The notes under the pieces were generated by a model, which was not told the origin of the DNA, searched no databases, and worked only from the letters and a program-made list of their open reading frames with translations. From positions 8,226 to 72,225 of the forward strand of contig OMVX01000004.1 in assembly GCA_900314605.1 (NCBI GenBank): a DNA stretch of 64,000 nucleotides, written 5' to 3'. The translations under genes and the position numbers were made by a program. Positions 31,633-41,274 of the stretch are shown one piece after another. This stretch comes from an uncultured Methanobrevibacter sp. GTDB lineage: Archaea > Methanobacteriota > Methanobacteria > Methanobacteriales > Methanobacteriaceae. Numbering within the stretch: the stretch's first letter is position 1; every line of letters begins with the position of its first letter.

Positions 31633-32290
31633 TTTGTTTAAATTTCTATCCTTTTCATTCCAATATAGATTGCTCTTTTGTATTTTTCATTTCATGTAAT
31701 AATTTATTAAGTTCTAATAAAATATTTAAACATTTATTTTGAATATTCTACCACATACAGGGTCTACTATTTTTATATTAATTAATTTTTCAATTAAATT
31801 ATCTAATTCATTTTCAATTTATTCTAATTAATGAAAATTACTGAATAAGGTAAAAAAGTTTTTTTTTTGATTTTTCATCAGATAAGTCTTTAAAATGGAT
31901 GAAAATATAAATATCTTTACTAAGGATTAATTAATCTAAATAATCTCATTGATACAGCCATTTTACTTTTTGATTTAAAATTTGCAGTATTTAAGCTTGT
32001 TCTATAGCTATGAGGTTTACCTTATCTTTTTTCTAATGATTCTTAATCTGTACCTTTACTTCAATAACAACAAATAATTTATCATCTTTTTTGTATGAAT
32101 TCTACTTTTCTTAATTCACACTTATTTACTTCATTAAAATAATTTTCTATATGTAACCCAATAAATGCTTTTGTTAATTCTTAAGTTAGGATAACTAGAT
32201 ACTTCATCAGTTAATAAATTATATGTATATTGTTTAAATTATCTATTTTATAATCAATATTTGATAAAATAAAATATATCTTTTTTTGAT
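31627..32290 (-). pseudogene. Decayed fragment of a nuclease-methyltransferase (type IIG-like restriction-modification) gene
   Basis: Minus-strand fragments DDKLFVVIEVK (PD-(D/E)xK-like, about 32065-32054 for IEVK) and ENELDNLIEKLINIKIVDPVCGRIF (MTase motif I-like, about 31770-31750), separated by stops and frameshifts. Confidence 0.45.
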
Positions 32291-32299
32291 GATTTAACT

Positions 32300-32892
32300 T
32301 AGGTAACTTAATGAATTAGCTGATCCAGAGTCAGTGAAAGAGAGTATATAAATTTTTAGAAGAATCTCTACGTAATCAGAATAAAAATTCCATAATCACA
32401 GATTTAAACCGGAATACAGAGGTGCAATAGATTAATTACAAATAAAACAATAGTTCTCTACATTTTACTTAAAACAATCAATTAACAGAAAATCACACAA
32501 CTATATCAAACATAATAACCATAATAGAAATAGGAATAATACATGATTATAAAGATTACTCTTTAATATTATAAATTCAGAATCATTAAATAAAGCACCA
32601 ATAAATTGAAATCAATTATTTTATTTAAAATCTAATGTTTTGAAAGTTATACGCAATTTAGCAGAAAAATTAATTATACCAGAATTTAGAAAAATCACAA
32701 ATCATTTAACTGACTCTAAAATAGCCATAACTTCGAATAAAATTAAAAATTGTTTCATAAAAAACTTTTCTAACTAATTAAAAGATTATATAAAACAGAA
32801 AAATGGAATTTTAAAAAGATCTGACTTAAAATTATAGTTTTTGGATGAAGATAATGGGATTTTCTAAATATCACTTAGTTTTTGAAAGTACC
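32300..32892 (+). mobile_element. Degenerate IS remnant: 3' part of a DDE transposase plus right TIR
   Basis: Fragments YKFLEESLRNQNKNSIITDL (32347-32406), PEYRGAID, IPEFRKITNHLTDSKIAITSNKIKNCF (to 32756), KNGILKRSDLKL in different frames with stops; ends in ATCACTTAGTTTTTGAAAGTACC (32870-32892), 15/16 terminal nt identical to the MITE TIR. Confidence 0.75.
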
Positions 32893-32978
32893 TTAAATTT
32901 ATAAAAAGAAAAATTTATATATAATATTGACTAACCTTATTTGTTGATAAAAATTAATATATTAATAGAGGTGATAAT

Positions 32979-33827
32979 ATGAAAAAAACTTTAGTAGCCC
33001 TAGTCTTATTAATTCTAATGATTGGAGTTTTAGCACCTGCTGTTACTTCATCTGATTCTAAAAATCTAGTTATATGTTATGGAGAAACTACTTATAATAA
33101 TCAAGAATATAAAAATATGGTAGATGATTTTTTTAAAGCAAATTCTAATGTAGATTTAAATAATGCTAATGTATACCAAGTATATGCTGCAGATGTTAAT
33201 GCTATTTCATCAGGAATTTCACAAGAAACATATGGATCTAATGATATTTTATCATCTGCATTAATAGATTTAAATGATGGTGACAGAATTACAATAAGTG
33301 TAGATTCATCTAAAATTACTCTAGTTACAGCAGATATGTATAAATCCGCTCTAGATTCTGCAGGAATTACAAAAGGACATGTTTATGTAACAAGTCCAGT
33401 ACAAGCTACAGGAGAATCAGCTTTAGCAGGAATTATGAAATCTTATGAACAAGCTACTGACCTGCAAATTCCTGATGATGTAAAACATGCGGCTAATAAT
33501 GAGATACAAGCAGAATCTCAAGTAGTATCAGATTCAAATGCATCTGGAGATGATGTAGCTAAAGTTGTTAATGATGCAAAAGACCAAGTTCAAAAAGATA
33601 ATATTACTGATAAAGATAAAATTGTAACCATCATTAATAATATTTGTGTTAATAACAATATTCAGCTTTCTGAAGATAGTGTAAATAAACTAGCTGATGC
33701 TATATCACAGTCTCAATCTGTTCAAGGTCAAGCTGATGAATATAAAAATAAGTTGAATGATGTTATTGGTGATGATAGCTCATCATTAATAGATAAATTA
33801 TTTGGTATTTTTAAATCAAATGGTTAA
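32979..33827 (+). CDS. DUF1002 (YpuA-like) secreted protein
   Basis: Signal peptide; SSALI, LVTADMYKSALDSAGI, VTSPVQATGESALAGIMKSYE. Confidence 0.85.
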   Translation: MKKTLVALVLLILMIGVLAPAVTSSDSKNLVICYGETTYNNQEYKNMVDDFFKANSNVDLNNANVYQVYAADVNAISSGISQETYGSNDILSSALIDLNDGDRITISVDSSKITLVTADMYKSALDSAGITKGHVYVTSPVQATGESALAGIMKSYEQATDLQIPDDVKHAANNEIQAESQVVSDSNASGDDVAKVVNDAKDQVQKDNITDKDKIVTIINNICVNNNIQLSEDSVNKLADAISQSQSVQGQADEYKNKLNDVIGDDSSSLIDKLFGIFKSNG

Positions 33828-33913
33828 ATGAATATTATTTAATTTATTTTTTTTACTTTCTTTTTTTTTTTAATCTAAAGGATAACTTTAAATTTTCTAT
33901 ATTTAATTTATTA

Positions 33914-34201
33914 TTATATTAAGTCGGTAATTTTTCCAATATACTCAAAGTCATCCTTATTGTTTAGATATTTTACACCTGTAATTTTATTATTTTCTAA
34001 TTTAGTTCCTACAGACATTCCATCATTAATATCTATTATAATAAAATTTATTTTATCTCCATCAACTGCTTTTATTTTAATGATGTTATCATTTTCAACT
34101 ATTACAGCATTTTCAAAACTATTATCAACTTCTGTAGAGTACCAGTGTTGTGGTATATCAACAACTATATTTAAATTATCTAAAACATCTTTTACATTCA
34201 T
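33914..34201 (-). CDS. Hypothetical protein
   Basis: 95-aa ORF with GAGGT RBS on the minus strand; preferred over the antisense 33960-34229 ORF. Confidence 0.65.
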   Translation of the reverse strand: MNVKDVLDNLNIVVDIPQHWYSTEVDNSFENAVIVENDNIIKIKAVDGDKINFIIIDINDGMSVGTKLENNKITGVKYLNNKDDFEYIGKITDLI

Positions 34202-34334
34202 AGTATACCTCTTGTTAAATGATTATTAAATTAATATAATAAAAAAGAGTATATTTAAATATTTTGTAACTTAGTTAAGGTTATATGTATTATATATAAA
34301 AAAAGAAAAAATTAGTTTAATAATTAATTTTTAA

Positions 34335-34853
34335 TTAATTATAAAAATGTACTTTATTTTGATCTAAGTCCTCTAGGGTACGTGGTTCTGGTATAGCTTT
34401 TGGGATTCCTATTGCCATTATTCCTACTACTCTATGAGAATCATCAATTTCTAGAGTTTCACATACTAATTTTTCTGAGTCTTTACCATCTTTATCTCTT
34501 AAATGGATTTGAATCCAGCAACTTCCAAGATCGAGTTCAGTTGCCATTAAATGGAGATAAATTAATGCTATAGATGAATCTTCAATCCATGTATCTGAAA
34601 CAGTTTCATTGGCTATTACAACAATAGCTTTATTACATTCTGCTAGTGGTTCTGCACCTGCATTTTTACACTGTGATAATTTTCTAAGTAACTCTTTATT
34701 TGAAACTACAATAAAGTAACAAGGATGTTTGTTTCTACTTGTTGGAGCTAAAAGAGCTGCTTGTAAAAGTTTATTTAAATCTTCATCTGTAATTTCAGTT
34801 GCTTCAAAATCACGTACACTTCTTCTTTTGTACATTAACTTTAATAAATCCAT
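34335..34853 (-). CDS. Nitroreductase family protein
   Basis: KRRSVRDF, AALLAPTSRN, LGSCWIQI, VVGIMAIG. Confidence 0.9.
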   Translation of the reverse strand: MDLLKLMYKRRSVRDFEATEITDEDLNKLLQAALLAPTSRNKHPCYFIVVSNKELLRKLSQCKNAGAEPLAECNKAIVVIANETVSDTWIEDSSIALIYLHLMATELDLGSCWIQIHLRDKDGKDSEKLVCETLEIDDSHRVVGIMAIGIPKAIPEPRTLEDLDQNKVHFYN

Positions 34854-34892
34854 ATAATATACTCCTATGATATATTTATATCTAATTTTATA

Positions 34893-34913
34893 ATTAAGTC
34901 ATAAAGACTTAAT
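34893..34913. promoter_or_regulatory. Perfect 8-bp inverted repeat between divergent nitroreductase and patB-like genes
   Basis: ATTAAGTC-ATAAA-GACTTAAT. Confidence 0.4.
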
Positions 34914-35058
34914 AAATTTATTTAGATAATATTTTAATAATTTAAATATAATAAAAAAACATTATAAATAAATCCAATATATTATTTTAATAATATAGTC
35001 TATTAATATTTATCTTATATACTTATTAAATTTTTAATTTATTATCAGAGGTATAAAT

Positions 35059-36219
35059 ATGAAATATGATTTTGATAGTGTAGTAAATCGTAAAAATACT
35101 AATTCTCTAAAATGGGATTTATTTGATGTAGAGGTTCCAATGTGGGTAGCAGATATGGATTTTAAGGTTGCACCTGAAATTCAGGAAGCTTTACAATTAA
35201 AAATTAATGAGAATGTATATGGATATGGACTTATACCTGATGAATGGTATTTAGCATATATAGATTGGTGGAAGCAATATAATTATTGTATGGATAAGGA
35301 TTGGTTAAAGTTTACAAATTCTGTTATGCCAACAATTTCATCAGTTATTCGTGAACTATCAAGTGAAGATGATAAAATATTAATACAAACCCCTGTTTAT
35401 CACATATTCTTTAAAGTAATTAAAGATAATAATAGGAAAGTAGAGGAAAACAAATTAATCTTTAGTGATGGTAAGTATCATATAGATTTTAAGGATTTAG
35501 AAGAAAAGTTAAAAGAGGAAAATGTTAAAATTCTTATATTATGTAATCCACATAACCCTGTTGGCAAAATCTTTAATAAATCAGATTTAGAACGAATTGC
35601 TAACTTGTCTTATGAAAATAATGTTTATGTTATCTCTGATGAAATACATTGTGATTTAACAGATCCAGATAAAAAATATATCCCTTTTGCATCAGTATCA
35701 AATAGTGCTAAAAATAACAGTATAAGTTGTTTATCCCCTAGTAAAACATTTAATATTGCTGGTATCAAATCTGCTGCTGTATCTATTCCTAATGAAAATA
35801 TTCGTAAACGTATATTTAATGCATTGGATTATGATGGAGTAAGTGACCCTAATATTTTCGCAATCACTTCTGCAATAGCAGCATATAATTATGCTAAAGA
35901 TTGGTTAAGAGAATTAAAAGAATATATTTATAAAAATAAGATTTTTTTAAAGGAATTTTTAGAATCTGAAATTCCCCAAATTCACCTTATAGATTGTGAA
36001 GCAACTTATTTATTATGGCTTGACTGTAATGAATTAAATATTAAATCAGAAGAATTTAATAAGTTTTTAATGGATAAAACAGGATTACTTTTATCTCCAG
36101 GTATACAATTTGGTGAAACAGGGGAAGGATTTTTAAGAATAAATATTGCTTGTCCAAGAATAATATTAGAAAAAGGATTAAAAAAATTAAAAGAAGGAGT
36201 AGAATTATATAAAATATAA
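35059..36219 (+). CDS. patB: MalY/PatB-family PLP-dependent C-S lyase (cystathionine beta-lyase)
   Basis: NSLKWD, PMWVADMDF, LCNPHNPVG, SDEIHCDL, SPSKTFNIAG, ATYLLWLD, FLRINIAC. Confidence 0.9.
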   Translation: MKYDFDSVVNRKNTNSLKWDLFDVEVPMWVADMDFKVAPEIQEALQLKINENVYGYGLIPDEWYLAYIDWWKQYNYCMDKDWLKFTNSVMPTISSVIRELSSEDDKILIQTPVYHIFFKVIKDNNRKVEENKLIFSDGKYHIDFKDLEEKLKEENVKILILCNPHNPVGKIFNKSDLERIANLSYENNVYVISDEIHCDLTDPDKKYIPFASVSNSAKNNSISCLSPSKTFNIAGIKSAAVSIPNENIRKRIFNALDYDGVSDPNIFAITSAIAAYNYAKDWLRELKEYIYKNKIFLKEFLESEIPQIHLIDCEATYLLWLDCNELNIKSEEFNKFLMDKTGLLLSPGIQFGETGEGFLRINIACPRIILEKGLKKLKEGVELYKI

Positions 36220-36385
36220 ACAATTATTAGAAAAAAATCATAATTTATCTTATTAAAAATATATTTAACATATATTTAGATTATTTTTTTTAAAATTTAT
36301 TAGTTAAATATATAATAAATTGAGATAATATTAGTAGAATAATAAATGGAGATAACATTATTTTAATTTAATAAATGGTGATATT

Positions 36386-36772
36386 ATGGAAGATAGATTT
36401 GAAAAAGGTATGTCAGTTTTAAAAATTACGAACAAAGATAATATTAATGATATTTTTAAAATATTTGAAGATATTGCTCCTGATTTAGGAAGATTTATTG
36501 TAGAATTTCCATACTCAGAAATATATACTAGAGAAGCAGTTGATTTAAAAACCCGTGAATTATGTACTATTGCATCTCTTACTACTCTTGGTGCTATTCC
36601 AGAACTTAAAAGTCATATTGAAGGAGCTTTAAATGTAGATTGTACTCCAACTGAAATAGTGGAGATTATTATGCAGATGTCTGCCTATATTGGTTTTCCA
36701 AGAACTATAGAAGCTATGATTGCTGCAAAAGAAATATTTGAAGAGAAAGATTTACTTCCTCTTACAGAATAG
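36386..36772 (+). CDS. Carboxymuconolactone decarboxylase (CMD/AhpD) family protein
   Basis: DLKTRELCTIASL, HIEGALN, EIVEII, YIGFP. Confidence 0.87.
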   Translation: MEDRFEKGMSVLKITNKDNINDIFKIFEDIAPDLGRFIVEFPYSEIYTREAVDLKTRELCTIASLTTLGAIPELKSHIEGALNVDCTPTEIVEIIMQMSAYIGFPRTIEAMIAAKEIFEEKDLLPLTE

Positions 36773-36988
36773 AATTATAGGTAATTTATATTATATTTTA
36801 ATATATTCATTATGATTATATTTCTGATTTTAATACTTAATTTAATAAATTATAAAATTCAATATTTAATCATATAAAATATTATATATATTTTTAAGAT
36901 TAATGGTCTTTAAATTAATAGACTCAATATCTATCTTAAATTTTATAAATAGCTATTAATTATAATAACTTTTTATAAGGAGATTTTT

Positions 36989-37681
36989 ATGATTTATTCT
37001 ACTGAAATAGATAATATGTGTTGTGTAGCAAAAGGAGCAAATCATGGTTCTGCTCCTATACCTGAAGAAGGAAAATGGGTTAAATCTAAAGAAATTAGTG
37101 ATGTTTCAGGATTAACTCATGGAATAGGATGGTGTGCTCCACAACAAGGTTGCTGTAAATTAACATTAAATGTAAAAGAAGGTATTATAGAGGAAGCATT
37201 AGTTGAAACATTAGGATGTTCTGGTATGACTCATTCAGCTGCTATGGCTGGTGAAATTCTTGTAGGTAAAACCATATTAGAAGCTCTTAATACTGACCTT
37301 GTTTGTGATGCTATAAATACTGCGATGAGAGAATTATTCTTACAGATTGTTTATGGAAGAACCCAGTCTGCTTTTTCTGAAGGAGGTCTTCCTATTGGTG
37401 CTGGTCTTGAAGATTTAGGTAAAGGACATAGAAGCCAGGTTGGTACAATATACTCAACAAATAAAAAAGGTCCAAGATATCTTGAATTAACTGAAGGTTA
37501 TATTACTGAAATTGGTTTAGATGAAGATAATGAGATTATTGGATATAAATATTTAAATATTGGCCAGTTTATAGACTATTTAAAAGAGGGCATGGACTCT
37601 TCTGAAGCTTTAGAAAAAGCTAGTGGTCAGTATGGAAGGTTTGATGATGCAGTTAAAAAAATTGACCCAAGGAGGCAATAG
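36989..37681 (+). CDS. IscU/NifU_N-like Cys-rich protein (partner of GGGtGRT protein)
   Basis: GWCAPQQGCCKLTL, ETLGCSGMTHSAAMA, LVCDAINTAM: three spaced Cys motifs resembling a U-type scaffold. Confidence 0.75.
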   Translation: MIYSTEIDNMCCVAKGANHGSAPIPEEGKWVKSKEISDVSGLTHGIGWCAPQQGCCKLTLNVKEGIIEEALVETLGCSGMTHSAAMAGEILVGKTILEALNTDLVCDAINTAMRELFLQIVYGRTQSAFSEGGLPIGAGLEDLGKGHRSQVGTIYSTNKKGPRYLELTEGYITEIGLDEDNEIIGYKYLNIGQFIDYLKEGMDSSEALEKASGQYGRFDDAVKKIDPRRQ

Positions 37682-37683
37682 AT

Positions 37684-38685
37684 ATGGTTTCATTTGAAGG
37701 TTATGAAAGAAGAATAGATCAGATTATGTCTGTATTAAATCAGTATGGTATGAAAGATTTAGATGAAGCTAAATCAGTATGTCTTGATAAAGGATTTAAT
37801 CCTTATGATATTGTACGTGAAGTCCAACCTATATGCTTTGAAAATGCATGTTGGGCATATACACTTGGTGCTGCAATTGCAATTAAAAAAGATGCTCAAA
37901 AGGCAAGTGATGCTGCAAAGGCAATAGGTGAAGGACTTCAAGCTTTCTGTATTCCAGGTAGTGTTGCTGATGATAGAAAAGTAGGTTTAGGTCATGGAAA
38001 CTTGGCTTCAATGCTTTTAAGTGATGAAAGTAGTTGTTTTGCATTCCTTGCAGGTCATGAAAGTTTTGCTGCTGCTGAAGGAGCAATTGGTATAGCAAAC
38101 TCTGCAAATAAAGTTAGATCAGAACCATTAAGAGTTATTTTAAATGGTCTTGGTAAAGATGCTGCATTAATCATATCTAGAATTAATGGTTTTACCTATG
38201 TTAAAACAGAGTTCGATTACTTTACCGGTGAAGTTAAAGTTGTAAGTGAAAAAGCTTACTCTGATGGTGAAAGGTCTAAGGTAAGATGTTATGGGGCAGA
38301 TGATGTAAGAGAAGGTGTAGCAATTATGCATCTTGAAGGTGTTGATGTATCTATTACAGGTAACTCTACTAATCCTACTAGATTCCAACATCCTGTAGCT
38401 GCAACCTATAAGAAAGAATGTGTTCATGAAGGTAAAAATTACTTTTCTGTAGCTTCTGGTGGTGGAACAGGTAGAACATTACATCCAGATAATATGGCTG
38501 CAGGTCCTGCATCTTATGGTATGACAGATACTATGGGTAGAATGCATTCTGATGCACAGTTTGCAGGTTCATCTTCTGTACCTGCTCATGTAGAGATGAT
38601 GGGATTAATAGGTATGGGTAATAATCCTATGGTCGGTGCAAGTGTAGCTGTATCTGTAGCTGTAGAAGAAGCTATGAAAAAATAA
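37684..38685 (+). CDS. GGGtGRT family protein (function unknown)
   Basis: Literal SGGGTGRTLHPDNM motif; CFENACWAY, AFLAGHESF, TGNSTNPTRFQHPV. Confidence 0.92.
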   Translation: MVSFEGYERRIDQIMSVLNQYGMKDLDEAKSVCLDKGFNPYDIVREVQPICFENACWAYTLGAAIAIKKDAQKASDAAKAIGEGLQAFCIPGSVADDRKVGLGHGNLASMLLSDESSCFAFLAGHESFAAAEGAIGIANSANKVRSEPLRVILNGLGKDAALIISRINGFTYVKTEFDYFTGEVKVVSEKAYSDGERSKVRCYGADDVREGVAIMHLEGVDVSITGNSTNPTRFQHPVAATYKKECVHEGKNYFSVASGGGTGRTLHPDNMAAGPASYGMTDTMGRMHSDAQFAGSSSVPAHVEMMGLIGMGNNPMVGASVAVSVAVEEAMKK

Positions 38686-38796
38686 TTATAATAACATATT
38701 TCCTTTTTTTCTTTTTTTATAGTTAAAATCCTTTTTTTCTTTATTATAAATATTATATGAACATATTTTATATAAGCTATTTCATAATATATTATA

Positions 38797-39303
38797 ATGA
38801 TAATTGAAACTAAACGTTTAATATTAAGGCCATGGGAAGAAAATGATGCTAGTGATTTATATAGATATGCTAAAAATCCTAATATAGGTCCTATTGCAGG
38901 TTGGCCTCCTCATAAAAATATCGAAGATAGTTTAAATATTATCAAAACTGTTTTTTCTCAAAAAGAAACATATGCAATTATTTTTAATAATCATCCTATA
39001 GGTTGTGTAGGTCTATTATTCCATCCCTTTTGTAATCATTGGTGGGGTGATGGTTCTTGTGAGTTAGGCTACTGGATAGCAGAAGATTATTGGGGTAGAG
39101 GTTTAGCATATGAAGCATCTAAAGCCTTAATAAATAGAGCTTTTAATGAGTTAAAAGTAGAATCTGTTTATGCAACATATAATAAAATTAACATACAGTC
39201 AAAAAGAGTTTTAGAAAAATTAGATTTTAATTATCTAGGTGAGATAAATAATATTAATTTTCTAGGTGAAGAAATTATAGAAGTAATCATGAAACTTGAA
39301 TAA
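38797..39303 (+). CDS. GNAT N-acetyltransferase (RimJ/RimL family)
   Basis: IETKRLILRPW, ELGYWIAEDYWGRGLA, NIQSKRVLEKLDF. Confidence 0.9.
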   Translation: MIIETKRLILRPWEENDASDLYRYAKNPNIGPIAGWPPHKNIEDSLNIIKTVFSQKETYAIIFNNHPIGCVGLLFHPFCNHWWGDGSCELGYWIAEDYWGRGLAYEASKALINRAFNELKVESVYATYNKINIQSKRVLEKLDFNYLGEINNINFLGEEIIEVIMKLE

Positions 39304-39322
39304 TTACACCTAGATAAATTTT

Positions 39323-40048
39323 TTATGGATTACATAGTTGACAAGGAGAGTATCCTTGGTCTATTGCAGATTGTCTAGAGGAAAATGAAACCTTATTATT
39401 TTCTGACATACGATCTAATGCAGAACAGGTAGGTAAATGAAACTTCATTGAATTTACATTTCCAATATACTCTCCTGTATCTTCACTGTTTGTATTAGTA
39501 TTTTTTTGACTATTGGAATAGTCACTACTATGTGTATTGTCACCTGCCCAGTTATTTGGGTTAAATTGACTTGGTGGTATATACATTATTTCAGCTAGTC
39601 CCTCTTTTAAGAGCATTTCATTAAGATTTTTTCCATCAACAATCACAACAGCTAATGTTCGACCATATTTATCATGAGATTTAGAATCATCTATATCAAT
39701 ACTGACCTCACGGTTTAAACATAATTTCTCAACAAAATATTTAGAAGTATCTGCACCTTCAACACCCTTTTCAGGTGTATTTACTCCTACAAGACGAATT
39801 TTATCTCCATTATCTAAATATATAGTATCTCCATCAACAACTTCAGTACATATTCCAGTTTTTTCACCTATACAATTAGTATCCTCATATTTGTTTAAGA
39901 TATCGCTAATAGATGAATCTTCATATGCACTTATTGGAATATTATGGGAAAATCCAGTACCTGTATAAGCACTTGCAAGTGTTATTGTTTCTATTGCTAC
40001 TGTTAGAATAATCAATAATAATAAAATCTTTTTCTTATTTAATTTCAT
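39323..40048 (-). CDS. Secreted thermonuclease (SNase) with C-terminal Ada-type Zn-binding domain
   Basis: Signal peptide; VVDGDTI, IRLVGVNTPE, DKYGRTLAVV; C-terminal GNVNSMKFHLPTC...GYSPCQLCNP. Confidence 0.88.
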   Translation of the reverse strand: MKLNKKKILLLLIILTVAIETITLASAYTGTGFSHNIPISAYEDSSISDILNKYEDTNCIGEKTGICTEVVDGDTIYLDNGDKIRLVGVNTPEKGVEGADTSKYFVEKLCLNREVSIDIDDSKSHDKYGRTLAVVIVDGKNLNEMLLKEGLAEIMYIPPSQFNPNNWAGDNTHSSDYSNSQKNTNTNSEDTGEYIGNVNSMKFHLPTCSALDRMSENNKVSFSSRQSAIDQGYSPCQLCNP

Positions 40049-40138
40049 TAATCAACCCCCTAATATTAAAAATAATATAAAACTTAATTTACAAAAAAAA
40101 TTCATTAAATTAATTATCTGTGAGAATTAAATGTAAAT

Positions 40139-40861
40139 TTAACTATTAATTTCCTCATTTTTTATGCATAAATTTGGATCAGTATTATTATCTGAATTTA
40201 TTTTAGGATATACATCATAATATCCTATTTTTTTAAGTACTTTATCGACATTTACATCAGTTTCAAAACAACCTGTTTTTGAAAGTAAAACCCCTTGTGG
40301 AGAAAATTTATTCATTTTCATCATTGTAAGATTTAAATCTTCATAACATGCTACACCTACAACAGAATCAAATTCATAATCTTTAATAATTTTTTTTACA
40401 AAACTACTACCTGGAACTATAAATACTTTATATCCTATTTTTTCTGCTTTTTGTTTGATTTCTCCAACTGTACATTTACCACAAACATTACATACAAGAC
40501 CAGTTTCATCAAGTCTTGCTTTACATGAACTAGATCTTAGACAATGTGGAAGAACAAGTATTTTTCTTTCATTATCAATTTTTTTAAATCTGTTTTTATT
40601 TATCTGATTTCTAACATCGACTCCCATTTGGTCAATCATATTTTCATCAAAACCAAGTTTAATTGATATCCACTTAAGGGGTGTATAGAAAATATCAGAA
40701 ATAAAAATAACTAATTTAGGAAATATTAGTTTATCTTTATGTATAAGTATTTGACCTAGAATAATTACTAAAAATAATAGTATTAAAATAAGTCCTATAA
40801 CTAATACTAAACTTTCCCCTAAAATTTCAAAAATTGATGTAAATAACATTAGAATTACCAA
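40139..40861 (-). CDS. DUF116 family protein
   Basis: N-terminal TMs; LPHCLR...C...C..CGKC, VPGSS, VGVAC, GCFET. Confidence 0.88.
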   Translation of the reverse strand: MVILMLFTSIFEILGESLVLVIGLILILLFLVIILGQILIHKDKLIFPKLVIFISDIFYTPLKWISIKLGFDENMIDQMGVDVRNQINKNRFKKIDNERKILVLPHCLRSSSCKARLDETGLVCNVCGKCTVGEIKQKAEKIGYKVFIVPGSSFVKKIIKDYEFDSVVGVACYEDLNLTMMKMNKFSPQGVLLSKTGCFETDVNVDKVLKKIGYYDVYPKINSDNNTDPNLCIKNEEINS

Positions 40862-41274
40862 GTATTTTTTTATTTTTTAAATTAATTTATTATATATTAA
40901 TAATATTATATATAATGATTTGAATAGTTATTATATTTAATAATAAAAATTAATAATATCATTATATTTTTTATTTAAAGATTATAAAATTATTATAAAA
41001 TAATTTAATTTTAAGTTTTAATAATATTTTATTAAAATTAATAATCTATTTATTTATGAAAACCCAATATATTAATATTTAATTGGGGGAAATGTTTAGG
41101 TTTTCAATTAATAAATAATTTATACATTATTATTCATATTTTCAAAAATATATAGAAATATTTATAATTTTTTTTAAAGAAAAATTAATTAGAAAATTAG
41201 TAAAAATTTAATAAAATTATAAATATAAATAATTAATATCTAAATTCATATTGATTTATTAGTGAGGAAAGTAA

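Noticed and set aside
6784-38427. Short antisense or overlapping ORFs in the track (e.g. 6784-6987, 9637-9843, 9859-10125, 10806-11225, 12006-12188, 13123-13311, 13767-14087, 13819-14079, 16957-17250, 20357-20542, 21399-21584, 21483-21719, 24175-24369, 25698-25922, 26304-26519, 26682-26870, 33960-34229, 37883-38107, 38167-38427)
   Set aside because: All overlap well-supported genes, lack RBS and motifs, and look like shadow ORFs; the same applies to 56466-56660 and 60766-60963.
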